Positions 17,752-26,354 of a stretch of DNA of 64,000 bases are shown here, one piece after another. Source of the DNA: an uncultured Gemmatimonadales bacterium (GTDB taxonomy: Bacteria > Gemmatimonadota > Gemmatimonadetes > Gemmatimonadales > GWC2-71-9); NCBI GenBank assembly GCA_963788625.1, contig CAWBHB010000001.1, positions 1,332,512 to 1,396,511 of the forward strand, given 5' to 3'. The notes below the pieces were generated by a model. It did not search any database, was not told the DNA's origin, and was given only the letters and a program-made list of their open reading frames with translations. Positions within the stretch are counted from its first letter, which is position 1; every line of letters starts with the position of its first letter. Position numbers and translations under genes: made by a program.

Positions 17752-18737
17752 ACCGCCGGGACTTCGTGTCGATGCTCGGCGCGTTCGTAACGGTGGGAGA
17801 ACCTCGCCTTCGGTCCTCGCCCAATGGAGGAACCGCGTGCCGCCTTGCCGCCTGGCCGCCTTGCCGCCTTGTAGAGCGCTGGTCCTGGGCGATGGGTCAG
17901 CCGGTTCACCTGATGCTCTTCCACCAGTCGGAAGGCGCGGGACTCGAGGCGGCCGCCCAGGCGCTGGAAGAGCTGCGCAGAGTCGAGGCTCGGCTCTCCC
18001 GCTTCGACGATTCCAGCGATCTCTCGGAGCTGAACCGTCACGCCGGGAAGACAGCGATGAAGGTGGATCGGGATCTGCTCGAGGTGCTCACCGTCGCGGC
18101 GCGCGCCCGTCGGGCGACCGGAGGAGCATTCGATGTCGCGGTCGAGCCACTGATGCGGGTGTGGGGCTTCCGGGAGCCCAGGAAGGCCGCGCCCGGCGCA
18201 TTCGAGCTACGGGAAGCCGAGAAGGCGGTACGAGCCAGCGTGGTGCGGATCGACGGCGACCGAGTCTCGTTGCCGAGTGCCGTCACTCGGCTCGACCTGG
18301 GCGGGATTGGCGTGGGCTACGGGCTGGATCGGGCAGCCTCGGTGCTTCGCGCCGCTGGGATCGAACGCGCCTTCCTCGACGTGAGCGGAGACTGCATCGC
18401 ACTGGGCGCCCCCCCGGGCACCGATGGCTGGCGGGTAGACCTCGCTGATCCATCAGGCTCGGGCGCACCTCGTCCCGCCGGTCTCTTGAGGGATCGCGCC
18501 CTCGCCACGAGTTCCAACACAATGTCCGTCATTCGCTACGGCGCCATGGTCCGGGGGCACGTCATGGATCCGGCGACTGGCTATCCCGCGGATCGGATGG
18601 TCCAGGTCAGCGTCCGGGCTCGCAACGGGATCGAGGCGGATGTGTTGTCTACGGCGATGCTGGTGGCGGGGCGGCCGTTCGAGGGGGTGGAGAGGTGGTG
18701 GGGAGCTGAAAGTGACGAGGGAAGGACTGAGGACTGA
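17748..18737 (+). CDS. apbE: FAD:protein FMN transferase (ApbE family)
   Basis: Within ORF 17310-18737. GTG 17748 overlaps the upstream stop (GTGA). Tat-like VNRRDFVSMLGA. ApbE motifs SRFDDSSDLSELN, GGAFDVAVEPLMRVWGF, LDLGGIGVGYGLD. Confidence 0.8.
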   Translation: MNRRDFVSMLGAFVTVGEPRLRSSPNGGTACRLAAWPPCRLVERWSWAMGQPVHLMLFHQSEGAGLEAAAQALEELRRVEARLSRFDDSSDLSELNRHAGKTAMKVDRDLLEVLTVAARARRATGGAFDVAVEPLMRVWGFREPRKAAPGAFELREAEKAVRASVVRIDGDRVSLPSAVTRLDLGGIGVGYGLDRAASVLRAAGIERAFLDVSGDCIALGAPPGTDGWRVDLADPSGSGAPRPAGLLRDRALATSSNTMSVIRYGAMVRGHVMDPATGYPADRMVQVSVRARNGIEADVLSTAMLVAGRPFEGVERWWGAESDEGRTED

Positions 18738-18968
18738 GGGGGAACGGTGAACGGTGAACGGTGAACGGTGAAGGGGAAGAAAAGTAACGAGCTACTCCAG
18801 CACCTCATCCCGAGACACCCCGAGCGAAGCGAGGGGGTCCGAGGGATCCAGGGTCCTTGCCTTGGCACTGGGACAGGACGGTAGGTCCCTCGCTGCGCTC
18901 GGGATGAGGTGCCGTTTCACGCCCCGCTGCTCTCCCCGTTCACCGTTCGCCCTTCACCGTTCACCCCT
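18738..18968. repeat. Composite: heptamer arms (GTGAACG)n / (CGTTCAC)n enclosing a nested ~113-bp inverted-repeat element (18800-18912)
   Basis: Outer arms ggaacggtgaacggtgaacggtgaacggtgaagggg and ccccgttcaccgttcgcccttcaccgttcacccc. Inner element ends gcacctcatcccgag...cgagcgaagcgaggg / ccctcgctgcgctcgggatgaggtgc. Confidence 0.75.
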
Positions 18969-18991
18969 CCAATCCTCACTGCACCTTCGCG

Positions 18992-19619
18992 CTATCGACC
19001 TGCCCCTGCCTCACTTTCGACATGACGCGCGTCCGCTCCCGTTGCACCCGTGAGAGCTGGTTTTGCCAGGCGTTCGGCACCACGATGGACGCCGTAGGAG
19101 ACGCCGAAGGTTTCATAGACCGGAATCGGCGTGTTGTAGACCATGATCGCGGTGGCCTGCTGCCGGGTGTCGAGCTGCCGGTTGGTGATGCTGGCAGTGA
19201 AGGGGACCATGCCGATCGGCTGGTAGGTCTGATTGCGGATTACGCAGGAAGACGTTGAGTGGCTCGAAGCGCACCCCGTCCCGCAGTCCGAAGAAACTCA
19301 CCAGCATCAGTCCCGGATCCGAGGCTCCGCCCAGAGCGGCCACGGAATCGATGGAAGGCTCGCGCTCCATCGTGAGCTTGTTGAGCGATGCGTAGACGTC
19401 GGGGCCCAGCAGCCGCATCACCCGCTGATCGAGCGGCACCATGCGGATGTCGATGTCTCCAGCGTTGAACCGGATCGAGATGTCGTCCTGGCTCAGGGTG
19501 CCGTAACCGGGTGGGGGAAGGTCGCCCCCGGCGACACTCGTTTCGCCGCTCTGGGCGTGGGAAGCGCCGACGCAGGCAATAGTCAGGGTTACTGCGATCA
19601 TCAACCAAGCCTTGTTCAT
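18992..19619 (-). pseudogene. Secreted hypothetical protein, frame-disrupted as assembled
   Basis: ORF 19113-19619 (signal MNKAWLMIAVTLTIACVGASHAQ) degenerates after ...EPLNVFLR. The sensible continuation IRNQTYQPIGMVPFTASITNRQLDTRQQATAIMVYNTPIPVYETFGVSYGV is in the +1 frame (ORF 18992-19210). The junction is near 19245. Confidence 0.45.
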
Positions 19620-20269
19620 CGTGCCTCCGTGGCCGACGCGGCGAGAACGCTCTCGCCCAGCTCCGCAATGCCGAGTCCCGTACTTGCGCTGGTGAGCTCG
19701 AACTGCTCCTCGGGAACCTCCAGCGCTTTCGCCAGGTCCCGCAATCGCTCTCCCCGAGCCCCGCGACCCACTTTATCGGACTTGGTGAGCGCCACCAGCA
19801 GGGGAATGCTGCGTTCAGCGAGCAGGCCGCCGTACTCCAGGTCTTCCCTGGACGGGGCGTGCCGGATGTCGAGCAGCCAGACGACACCGGTGAGTGTCGT
19901 GCGGCGCGTCAGCACGCCCTTGATCAACTTGGCGTACCCCGCCCGATCACTGTGCGAGGCCCGGGCATAGCCGTACCCTGGCAGGTCGATCAGGTAGAGC
20001 GACGACAGCCGGAAGACATTGAGCAGTGTCGTCTTCCCCGGCGATGCGCTCACCCGCGCCAGTTTCCGCCGGCCGACGAGCGCGTTCAGCAGGCTCGACT
20101 TGCCGACGTTGGACCGGCCAAGAAATGCTATTTCAGGAAGCGGCGGCTCGATCCGAACTACCGGATCGGGGAAGCTGCCGATGAATTCGATGGGGAGGTG
20201 AGACAGCGGTGAAGTGCGGGGCATGGCCATCCGGGCGGGCAGGGCGGTCGTGGCGGGCACGGACCTCAA
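19616..20269 (-). CDS. engB: Ribosome-biogenesis GTPase EngB/YihA
   Basis: FLGRSNVGKSSLLNAL (G1), SPGKTTLLN, IDLPGYGYA (G3), LTKSDK (G4). The true start may be an internal Met (20230 or 20224). Confidence 0.8.
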   Translation of the reverse strand: MRSVPATTALPARMAMPRTSPLSHLPIEFIGSFPDPVVRIEPPLPEIAFLGRSNVGKSSLLNALVGRRKLARVSASPGKTTLLNVFRLSSLYLIDLPGYGYARASHSDRAGYAKLIKGVLTRRTTLTGVVWLLDIRHAPSREDLEYGGLLAERSIPLLVALTKSDKVGRGARGERLRDLAKALEVPEEQFELTSASTGLGIAELGESVLAASATEAR

Positions 20270-20312
20270 GGCGTGTGCCCCGCCCGCCCGTCCGCCTTCC
20301 GCCCTGTTCGCC

Positions 20313-21561
20313 TTAAGCCTCCCGTTTGGTTCTCGCCCGCTCCGTGACTACCAGCGGCGCCTGATCCTCGAGGACCGATTCGCGGGTGATCACGATTTCC
20401 CGCACGTCGTCCCGGCTGGGCAGATCGAACATGATGTCGGTCATGGTGTGCTCGAGAATGGCGCGGAGACCGCGGGCGCCGGTGCCGCGCTTCAGAGCCT
20501 TCTGGGCCACCGCGCGCAGCGCCTCCTGGTCGAACGTGAGACCCACGTTCTCCATCTCGAACAACTTCCGGTATTGCTTGGTGAGGGCGTTCTTGGGCTC
20601 GATCAGGATGCGCATCAGGGCTTCTTCGTCCAGCGCTTCCAGCGCCACGGTGACCGGGAGGCGGCCCACCAGCTCGGGGATCAGCCCGAAGCGCAGCAGG
20701 TCATCCGGCTCGACCTCGGCGAAGGGGTTCTGCTTGTCCGCCTCGCTGGTGGCGCCGCGGGCATCCTTGGAGAATCCGATCTGCTGCCGGCCGGTGCGGG
20801 CCTGGATGATCTTCTCCAGCCCGTCGAAGGCGCCGCCGCAGACGAAGAGGATGTCCTTGGTGTTGATCTGGATGTATTCCTGCTGCGGATGCTTGCGGCC
20901 GCCCTGGGGCGGCACCGAGGCGACCGTGCCTTCCAGGATCTTGAGCAGGGCCTGCTGCACGCCTTCGCCGGAGACGTCCCGGGTGATGCTCGGGTTCTCC
21001 GACTTGCGGGCGATCTTGTCGATCTCGTCGATGTAGACGATGCCCCGCTCGCACTCGGCGACGTTGAATTCCCCGGCCTGAAGCAGCCGCACCAGGATGT
21101 TCTCCACGTCCTCGCCGACGTAACCCGCCTCGGTGAGGGTGGTGGCGTCTGCGATGGTGAAGGGAACGTCGAGGATTCGGGCGAGGGTCTGGGCCAGCAG
21201 GGTCTTGCCGACGCCGGTGGGGCCGATCAGGAGGATATTGGACTTGTCGAGCTCGACCTCGCTCTCCCGCGCGGAGGACGAAGTTGATCCGCTTGTAGTG
21301 GTTGTAGACCGCGACCGAAAGGGTCCGCTTGGCCCGCTCCTGACCGATCACGTACTGGTCCAGCACCGCCTTGATCTCGTTCGGCGTGGGGACCTGCGTG
21401 ATGGTATCTGCGACGTCCCGCTCCTCGTCCTCCGCCAGGATCTCGTTGCAGAGCGTGATGCATTCATTGCAGATATAGACCGACGGGCCGGAAATGAACT
21501 TCCGGACCGAATCCTTCGACTTTCCGCAGAACGAGCAGCGGAGATGTTTGTCGTTGGACAT
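20313..21561 (-). pseudogene. clpX: ATP-dependent Clp protease ATP-binding subunit ClpX, single frame disruption as assembled
   Basis: N-terminal zinc ribbon [15 protein letters not shown]...YICNECI and ...[12 protein letters not shown] in one frame. [68 protein letters not shown]... continues in the +1 frame (junction ~21277). Removing one base restores a full ClpX. Confidence 0.85.
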
Positions 21562-21634
21562 GTAACCAACCGCGGTCTAGGGTAAAGTGGAGCCGGGGAA
21601 GACAGTCAAAAGGTGCCCCGGCTCCGGGGGAGCG

Positions 21635-22253
21635 TCAAGGGTTCTTGGTGGCCGGCTGGATCTCGGTGTGCTTGGTAATCACGCTGTCGATGAGCCCGTA
21701 CTCCTTCGCCTCCTCGGCGCTCATGAAGCGGTCGCGATCCATGTCCCGTTCGATGCGTCTCGATGGCCTGACCGGTGTGCTGGGCGTACAGGCCGTTCAG
21801 CTTCGAGCGCAGATAGAGGATCTCACGCGCCTGGATTTCGATGTCGGCCGCGGTTCCCTGCGTGCCGCCCGAAGGCTGGTGAATCATGATCCGGGAGTGG
21901 GGCAGCGCGCTCCGCTTGCCCTTGAGTCCCGCCGCCAGCAGGAAGGAGCCCATCGAGGCCGCCATCCCCATGCAGATGGTGTTTATCGGCGCCTTGAGGT
22001 ACTGCATCGTGTCGTAGATGGCGAGGCCGCTCGACACGACTCCGCCCGGCGAGTTGATGTAGAGGTAGATGTCCCGCTCGGGATTGTCCGCTTCCAGGAA
22101 AAGCAGCTGCGCGATCACGATGTTGGCCACATCATCGTTGATCGGCGCTCCCATGAAGACGATCCGATCCATCAGCAGCCGGGAGAAGATGTCGTAGGAC
22201 CGCTCCCCGCGGCTCGACCGTTCGATCACGTACGGCGGATAGATAGTTGACAT
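21635..22253 (-). pseudogene. clpP: ATP-dependent Clp protease proteolytic subunit ClpP, single frame disruption near 3' end as assembled
   Basis: [27 protein letters not shown]...[16 protein letters not shown]...MIHQPSGG. After ...HTGQAIE(T), the expected [39 protein letters not shown] is in the +1 frame (junction ~21765). Confidence 0.85.
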
Positions 22254-22255
22254 CG

Positions 22256-23513
22256 TCAGCTCGCGCTCTCCTCGACGGTGCTTTGCTGGAGGAGCCAGGC
22301 GAAGGCCTTCTCCTCGGTGATCCCGCGCTCCAGTTCCCGCAGCCGGTTGGCCTTCTCCAGCTGGGCGTACAGCTGGCCGACCGGCAACCCCCGTGCCTGA
22401 GCCATCGCCCCGACCCGGGCGTCGATCTCCGCCTCGGTGGCGCGCGAGCTTCTCGCTTTCCACGACGCTGTCGAGCAATAAGTCCCGCTTCACCTGGGAC
22501 TCGGCCATCGGGCGGAATTCCTTGGCGAAGTCGCCCAGACGGGCCTGATCAATCTGGTAGGCCTGCCCGTATCCCTGAATCAGCCGGTCCACCAACGACG
22601 CGGGGGCCGCGATGCCGTTGGCCTCGACCAGCTGGCGAACCAGGCTCCTGGCGCAGCGACTGATCGGCGGTCTGCACCGCGTCCCGCTCCAGGTCGGTCC
22701 GAATCGCCGCCGCGCAGCGCATCGAGGCTCTCGAAGTCTCCCACTTCCCGCGCGAAGCTGTCGTCCAGTGCCGGCAACTCCTGGCGCTTCACCTCGTGCA
22801 GGGCGATGCGGACCTTGCGGGTCTGGCCGCGACGGGACTCATCCGAGAAATCGTCGGGGAAACGGACTTCGGTATCAACCGATCTCGCCGGGGAGCAGCG
22901 TCATGACCCGCTCTTCGACGTCGGGGATCGCGCGGCCCTCGCCCAGTACCATCACGTAGGGCTGTGCGGCACCGGGGTTGTCTCCCTCGAGCGGAGCGAC
23001 TTCGATCCTGACCTGGTGGCCGGGGGACGGCTTCTCCCCCTCGACCGGGATCCAGGTCGCCTTCTGTTCCTGCACGTCGCGCAAGCGCGACTCGACTTCC
23101 GCGTCGGTCACCGGAAAGACCCGGCGGTGGAGCGTGAAGCCACCGGTGCGGCTCAGCTTGACTTCGGGACGAACCTCGACGTGAAACTCGAACTCGATCG
23201 GCCCGCCGGTCTCGAACTTGAGATTATGGATGTGCGGTTCGGCGACCGGCTTGAGCTGCTCGCTGGTCTGGGCCGCTTCCCAGCTCTCCCGGATCACCTC
23301 TTCCAGCACGGTCTGCCGGATAGCGTCACCGAAACGCTTGCGAACCACCCCCTCGGGGGCGTGTCCCTGGCGAAAGCCCGGCAGGCGGGCCCGCTGGCGG
23401 TAGTACTTGAGAGCCCGGTCCTCGGCCTGCCGTACCCGATCGACCGGGACCGTTACCTGGAGGGACTTGGAGGCTTCGTCTTCCTTGGTCTTGACGATCG
23501 AAATGTCCGACAT
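22256..23513 (-). pseudogene. tig: Trigger factor, four frame disruptions as assembled
   Basis: MSDISIVKTKEDEASKSLQVTVPVDRV... The reading continues through +1 steps near 22875, 22705, 22640 and 22430 ([40 protein letters not shown] / [22 protein letters not shown] / [29 protein letters not shown] / [18 protein letters not shown]...STVEESAS*). Confidence 0.8.
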
Positions 23514-23654
23514 GGGCGGCAATCTAGTCTGGCCCGGGGCGAGGGGGCAGTAGGAGCGGCCGCTGGCTCGACGTTACCGGGAGGGGCCGACGACGAGGGT
23601 CTAGGCCGATGGAACTACTTGACCCCGCATGTCGCAACTTGTTGAATAGTAAGC

Positions 23655-24047
23655 ATGTCCACCGTCCTCGTGGTTGACGATGAGAAGTCCATTCGCCGGG
23701 CGTTGCGCGGCTATTTCGAGCGCAGCGGGTTCGCGGTCCTCGAGGCGGGGTCCGGGGCCGAGGCGTTGCGGGTGGTCGAAGCCGGCGACGTGGATGCGGT
23801 GGTGAGCGATGTGCTGATGCCGGAGGTGAGCGGGGTCGCGTTCTACGATTCGCTGGTCTCCCGGGTCCCCGAGCTGCTGCATCGGGTGGTATTTCTCACC
23901 GGGGCGGCGCGGGATCCCAAGGTCCAGGCCCCGATCGAGCAGCGCGGTGTGCCGCTGATCTCCAAGCTCGACGATTTTTCTCTCGTGGTAGACGCGGTGC
24001 GACTGGCGTTGCTGCAGCGCGGCGGGAGCCGGTCAACTACCGGATGA
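23655..24047 (+). CDS. Single-domain response regulator (CheY-like receiver)
   Basis: 130 aa. VLVVDDEKSIRR...DAVVSDVLMPEVSG...VVFLTGAA... Confidence 0.8.
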   Translation: MSTVLVVDDEKSIRRALRGYFERSGFAVLEAGSGAEALRVVEAGDVDAVVSDVLMPEVSGVAFYDSLVSRVPELLHRVVFLTGAARDPKVQAPIEQRGVPLISKLDDFSLVVDAVRLALLQRGGSRSTTG

Positions 24048-24064
24048 GCTGTTCGTAATTCCGG

Positions 24065-24919
24065 TCAGGATCCCTTATCGCTGTAAGTCTTCAAGAACGA
24101 GAAGACGTCCGCAGTCGCAGGATCAGTGTCCAGCCCCAGCTCCAGATTCAGTTTGTAGTGCCCCACGGTCTGAATCGGTTTGATCTCGACCTTAACCCCG
24201 GCAGTAGCCAGGGCACTCGCCAGTGCCTGGGACTGTTGGGTGCTTCCGGCGCGGGCGGTGAGGAAAAAGATGAGGAACGGCGGAATGCCCTTGTCTTTCT
24301 CACAGTGATACAGCGCTGACCCATCTTCCCAGGCCGCGGGATCGTCGCCGAAGATGGCGAGCAGGCGATGAGCCTCGACCGAATCCTCGGAGAATCGGCG
24401 CGGGATATCGTAGGCAGTGCCATCCAGCAGGATCGCCCCGCTCAGAGACGACAGATCCAGTCCTTCGGCCTTCAGGTAGCGCTCATTGGTGGCGATGAGC
24501 GCGGCCATGCTTGCGCCCGATGAATGGCCGAGGACGAAGAGCCGAGTGGAGTCGCCGCCGTAACGCCCGATGTTGTGGCGCACCCAGGCGATGGCCTTGG
24601 CGACGTCCTGGATGGGGGTCGGGTGCCTGACCGCGGGGGAGAGGCGATAATTGATGGCGACGAAGACATAGCCTTCGCCGGCGAACGCCTTGGGCTTCGC
24701 ACCCACTTCGGTGCTCTTGTCGCCCCCGACGTAGCTCCCGCCGTGAATGAAGATGACGACCGGATGGTGCCGGCCCAGTCTCGGCGGATAGACGTCGAGG
24801 GCGGTGAGAGAGTCGGTGCCGGCGGGGTCGTACGCGATGTTCTTGGTGACCCGGTTGCAACCCTGGGCCGCGAGGGCCGTTGCCAGGAGGGCGAGCCACA
24901 GACTACCGGACTTGAGCAT
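24065..24919 (-). CDS. Alpha/beta-hydrolase fold esterase/lipase (lipoprotein)
   Basis: Signal plus lipobox LALLATALAAQGCN. Oxyanion VIFIHGGSYVGGD. Nucleophile elbow VLGHSSGASMAAL. Confidence 0.75.
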   Translation of the reverse strand: MLKSGSLWLALLATALAAQGCNRVTKNIAYDPAGTDSLTALDVYPPRLGRHHPVVIFIHGGSYVGGDKSTEVGAKPKAFAGEGYVFVAINYRLSPAVRHPTPIQDVAKAIAWVRHNIGRYGGDSTRLFVLGHSSGASMAALIATNERYLKAEGLDLSSLSGAILLDGTAYDIPRRFSEDSVEAHRLLAIFGDDPAAWEDGSALYHCEKDKGIPPFLIFFLTARAGSTQQSQALASALATAGVKVEIKPIQTVGHYKLNLELGLDTDPATADVFSFLKTYSDKGS

Positions 24920-24975
24920 GCCGGACCTCTAGGTGCGAGTCGATGGACGCAACATGCTCCGGGGAGGGTCCAAGG

Positions 24976-25057
24976 TGCGAACGCCGGGAGTCGAACCCGG
25001 AAGGGTTGCCCCACAGGATCCTAAGTCCTGCGCGTCTGCCAGTTCCGCCACGTTCGC
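24976..25057 (-). tRNA. tRNA-Leu (anticodon UAG), class II with long variable arm
   Basis: The reverse complement reads GCGAACGTGGCGGAACTGGCAGACGCGCAGGACTTAGGATCCTGTGGGGCAACCCTTCCGGGTTCGACTCCCGGCGTTCGCA. It has a 7-bp acceptor stem, anticodon loop CTTAGGA and T-arm GGTTCGACTCC. CCA is not fully encoded. Confidence 0.85.
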
Positions 25058-25088
25058 CCGAGCCCAAGTATAGCGATATTCTTAGCCC

Positions 25089-25929
25089 GTGACTCCGCTG
25101 GTATTCGTCCTCCTTGCTTTCGCCGCGTCGGTCGCGGCCGGCACCTTCGGCGCGCTGCTTGGCCTGGGCGGCGGCCTCATTCTCATTCCGGTCCTCACCC
25201 TCTGGTTCCACGTGGACATCCGTTACGCGATCGGGGCCTCGATCGTCTCGGTCATCGCGACGTCGAGTGGCGCGGCGGTGAGTTACGTGCGGGACCGGCT
25301 GACCAACCTCCGGGTGGCCATGGTGCTGGAGCTGGCAACCGTAACCGGAGCCATCACCGGCGCCTACCTCGCGGGCCGGATCGGGAGCAAGACGCTTTAT
25401 GTCATCTTTGGCCTGGTCATGGCCTACTCCGCGGTCATGATGTTTCGCAAACTGGGGCGCGACGAGGCGCAAACCCCACGGCATGCGCCATGGGCCGACT
25501 GGCTGCGACTCCACAGCAGCTACTTCGATGAAACCCTGGGCCGGCAGGTTTCCTACCGGGTGTCCGGGACGCAGAATCGGGCTCGGCCTGATGTACCTGG
25601 CGGGGGTGATCAGCGGCCTGTTGGGAATCGGCTCGGGGGCGCTCAAGGTTCCGGCGATGGACCTCGCCATGGGCCTCCCGATCAAGGTCTCTGCTGCCAC
25701 CAGCAATTTCATGATCGGGGTCACCGCCGCGGCCAGCGCCGGGATCTACTTCATGCGAGGCGACATCGATCCGTTCGTCGCCGGTCCGGTGGCGGTCGGG
25801 GTCCTGCTCGGCGCCCGGATCGGAGTGCGGCTCCTGGGTCGGCTGGAAAGCGCCACCATCCGGGTGGCATTCATCCTGATCCTGCTCTGGGTCTCGGTGG
25901 AAATGCTCCTCAAGGGAGTCCGGTCTTGA
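25089..25929 (+). pseudogene. TauE/SafE-family anion exporter, single frame disruption as assembled
   Basis: N-terminal half MTPLVFVLLAFAASVAAGTFGALLGLGGGLILIPVL... in frame 0. After ...VSYRVSG the sensible continuation RRIGLGLMYLAGVISGLLGIGSGALKVPAMDLAMGLPIKV...LLKGVRS* is ORF 25483-25929 (+1). The junction is ~25572. Confidence 0.7.
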
Positions 25930-26306
25930 AGGACCTCGAGCGGGACATCAGCAACGTGCTGCGGGCCGGCGTCCTCGCCAGCATCGGGTTCATCCTTCTG
26001 GGGATGGTGCTCATCTTCGTTCACCACCCCAGCTACCTCTCCTCGACCGGCGACCTGGAGCGCCTGACCCATCCCGGTGCCGCGATCCCGCGCTATTTGC
26101 GGGAGGTCTTGAGTGGCGTCGCCTCGTTGGATGGACAGGCCACCGTCGCGCTTGGGCTGCTCATCCTGATTGCGACGCCAGTGGCACGGGTGGCTGTGTC
26201 GATCGCCGGATTCGTGGCACAGCGGGACCGTACCTACATCGTGATCACCTCGGTGGTCCTCCTGCTCCTGCTGCTCGCCTTTGTGCTCGGCGGCGACGCC
26301 GGCTGA
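25926..26306 (+). CDS. Small membrane protein (DUF1634-like, typical TauE partner)
   Basis: TTG 25926 overlaps the upstream stop. LKDLERDISNVLRAGVLASIGFILLGMVLIF... with 3-4 TM segments. The family call is from memory of TauE neighbourhoods. Confidence 0.5.
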   Translation: MKDLERDISNVLRAGVLASIGFILLGMVLIFVHHPSYLSSTGDLERLTHPGAAIPRYLREVLSGVASLDGQATVALGLLILIATPVARVAVSIAGFVAQRDRTYIVITSVVLLLLLLAFVLGGDAG

Positions 26307-26354
26307 GACGAGTCTTCCACTTCTCCCGGCGGAACACCTTCCCGGAACTCCGCG

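Noticed and set aside
21606-22595. 329-aa ORF that looks like a single gene. Also 44601-46004 (467 aa), 25089-26306 (405 aa), 16756-17751 (331 aa) and 17310-18737 (475 aa).
   Set aside because: These are chimeric readings: tig 3' end plus clpP; CBM48 gene read through into the kinase; tauE 5' half plus out-of-frame text plus the DUF1634-like gene; out-of-frame FMN-binding gene plus the membrane gene; out-of-frame membrane gene plus apbE. Each was split according to motif content and overlapping start/stop signals.
20313-23513. Programmed ribosomal frameshifting as the explanation for the broken tig, clpP and clpX frames.
   Set aside because: There are too many events (four in tig alone). None has a recognisable slippery heptamer or stimulatory structure, and unrelated genes across the window show the same lesion type. 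Insertion errors or real decay are simpler explanations.
24920-25088. tRNA-Leu as an integration hotspot with an adjacent genomic island.
   Set aside because: There is no integrase, no direct repeat of the tRNA 3' end and no phage or IS genes nearby. The flanks are an esterase gene and a TauE exporter gene.
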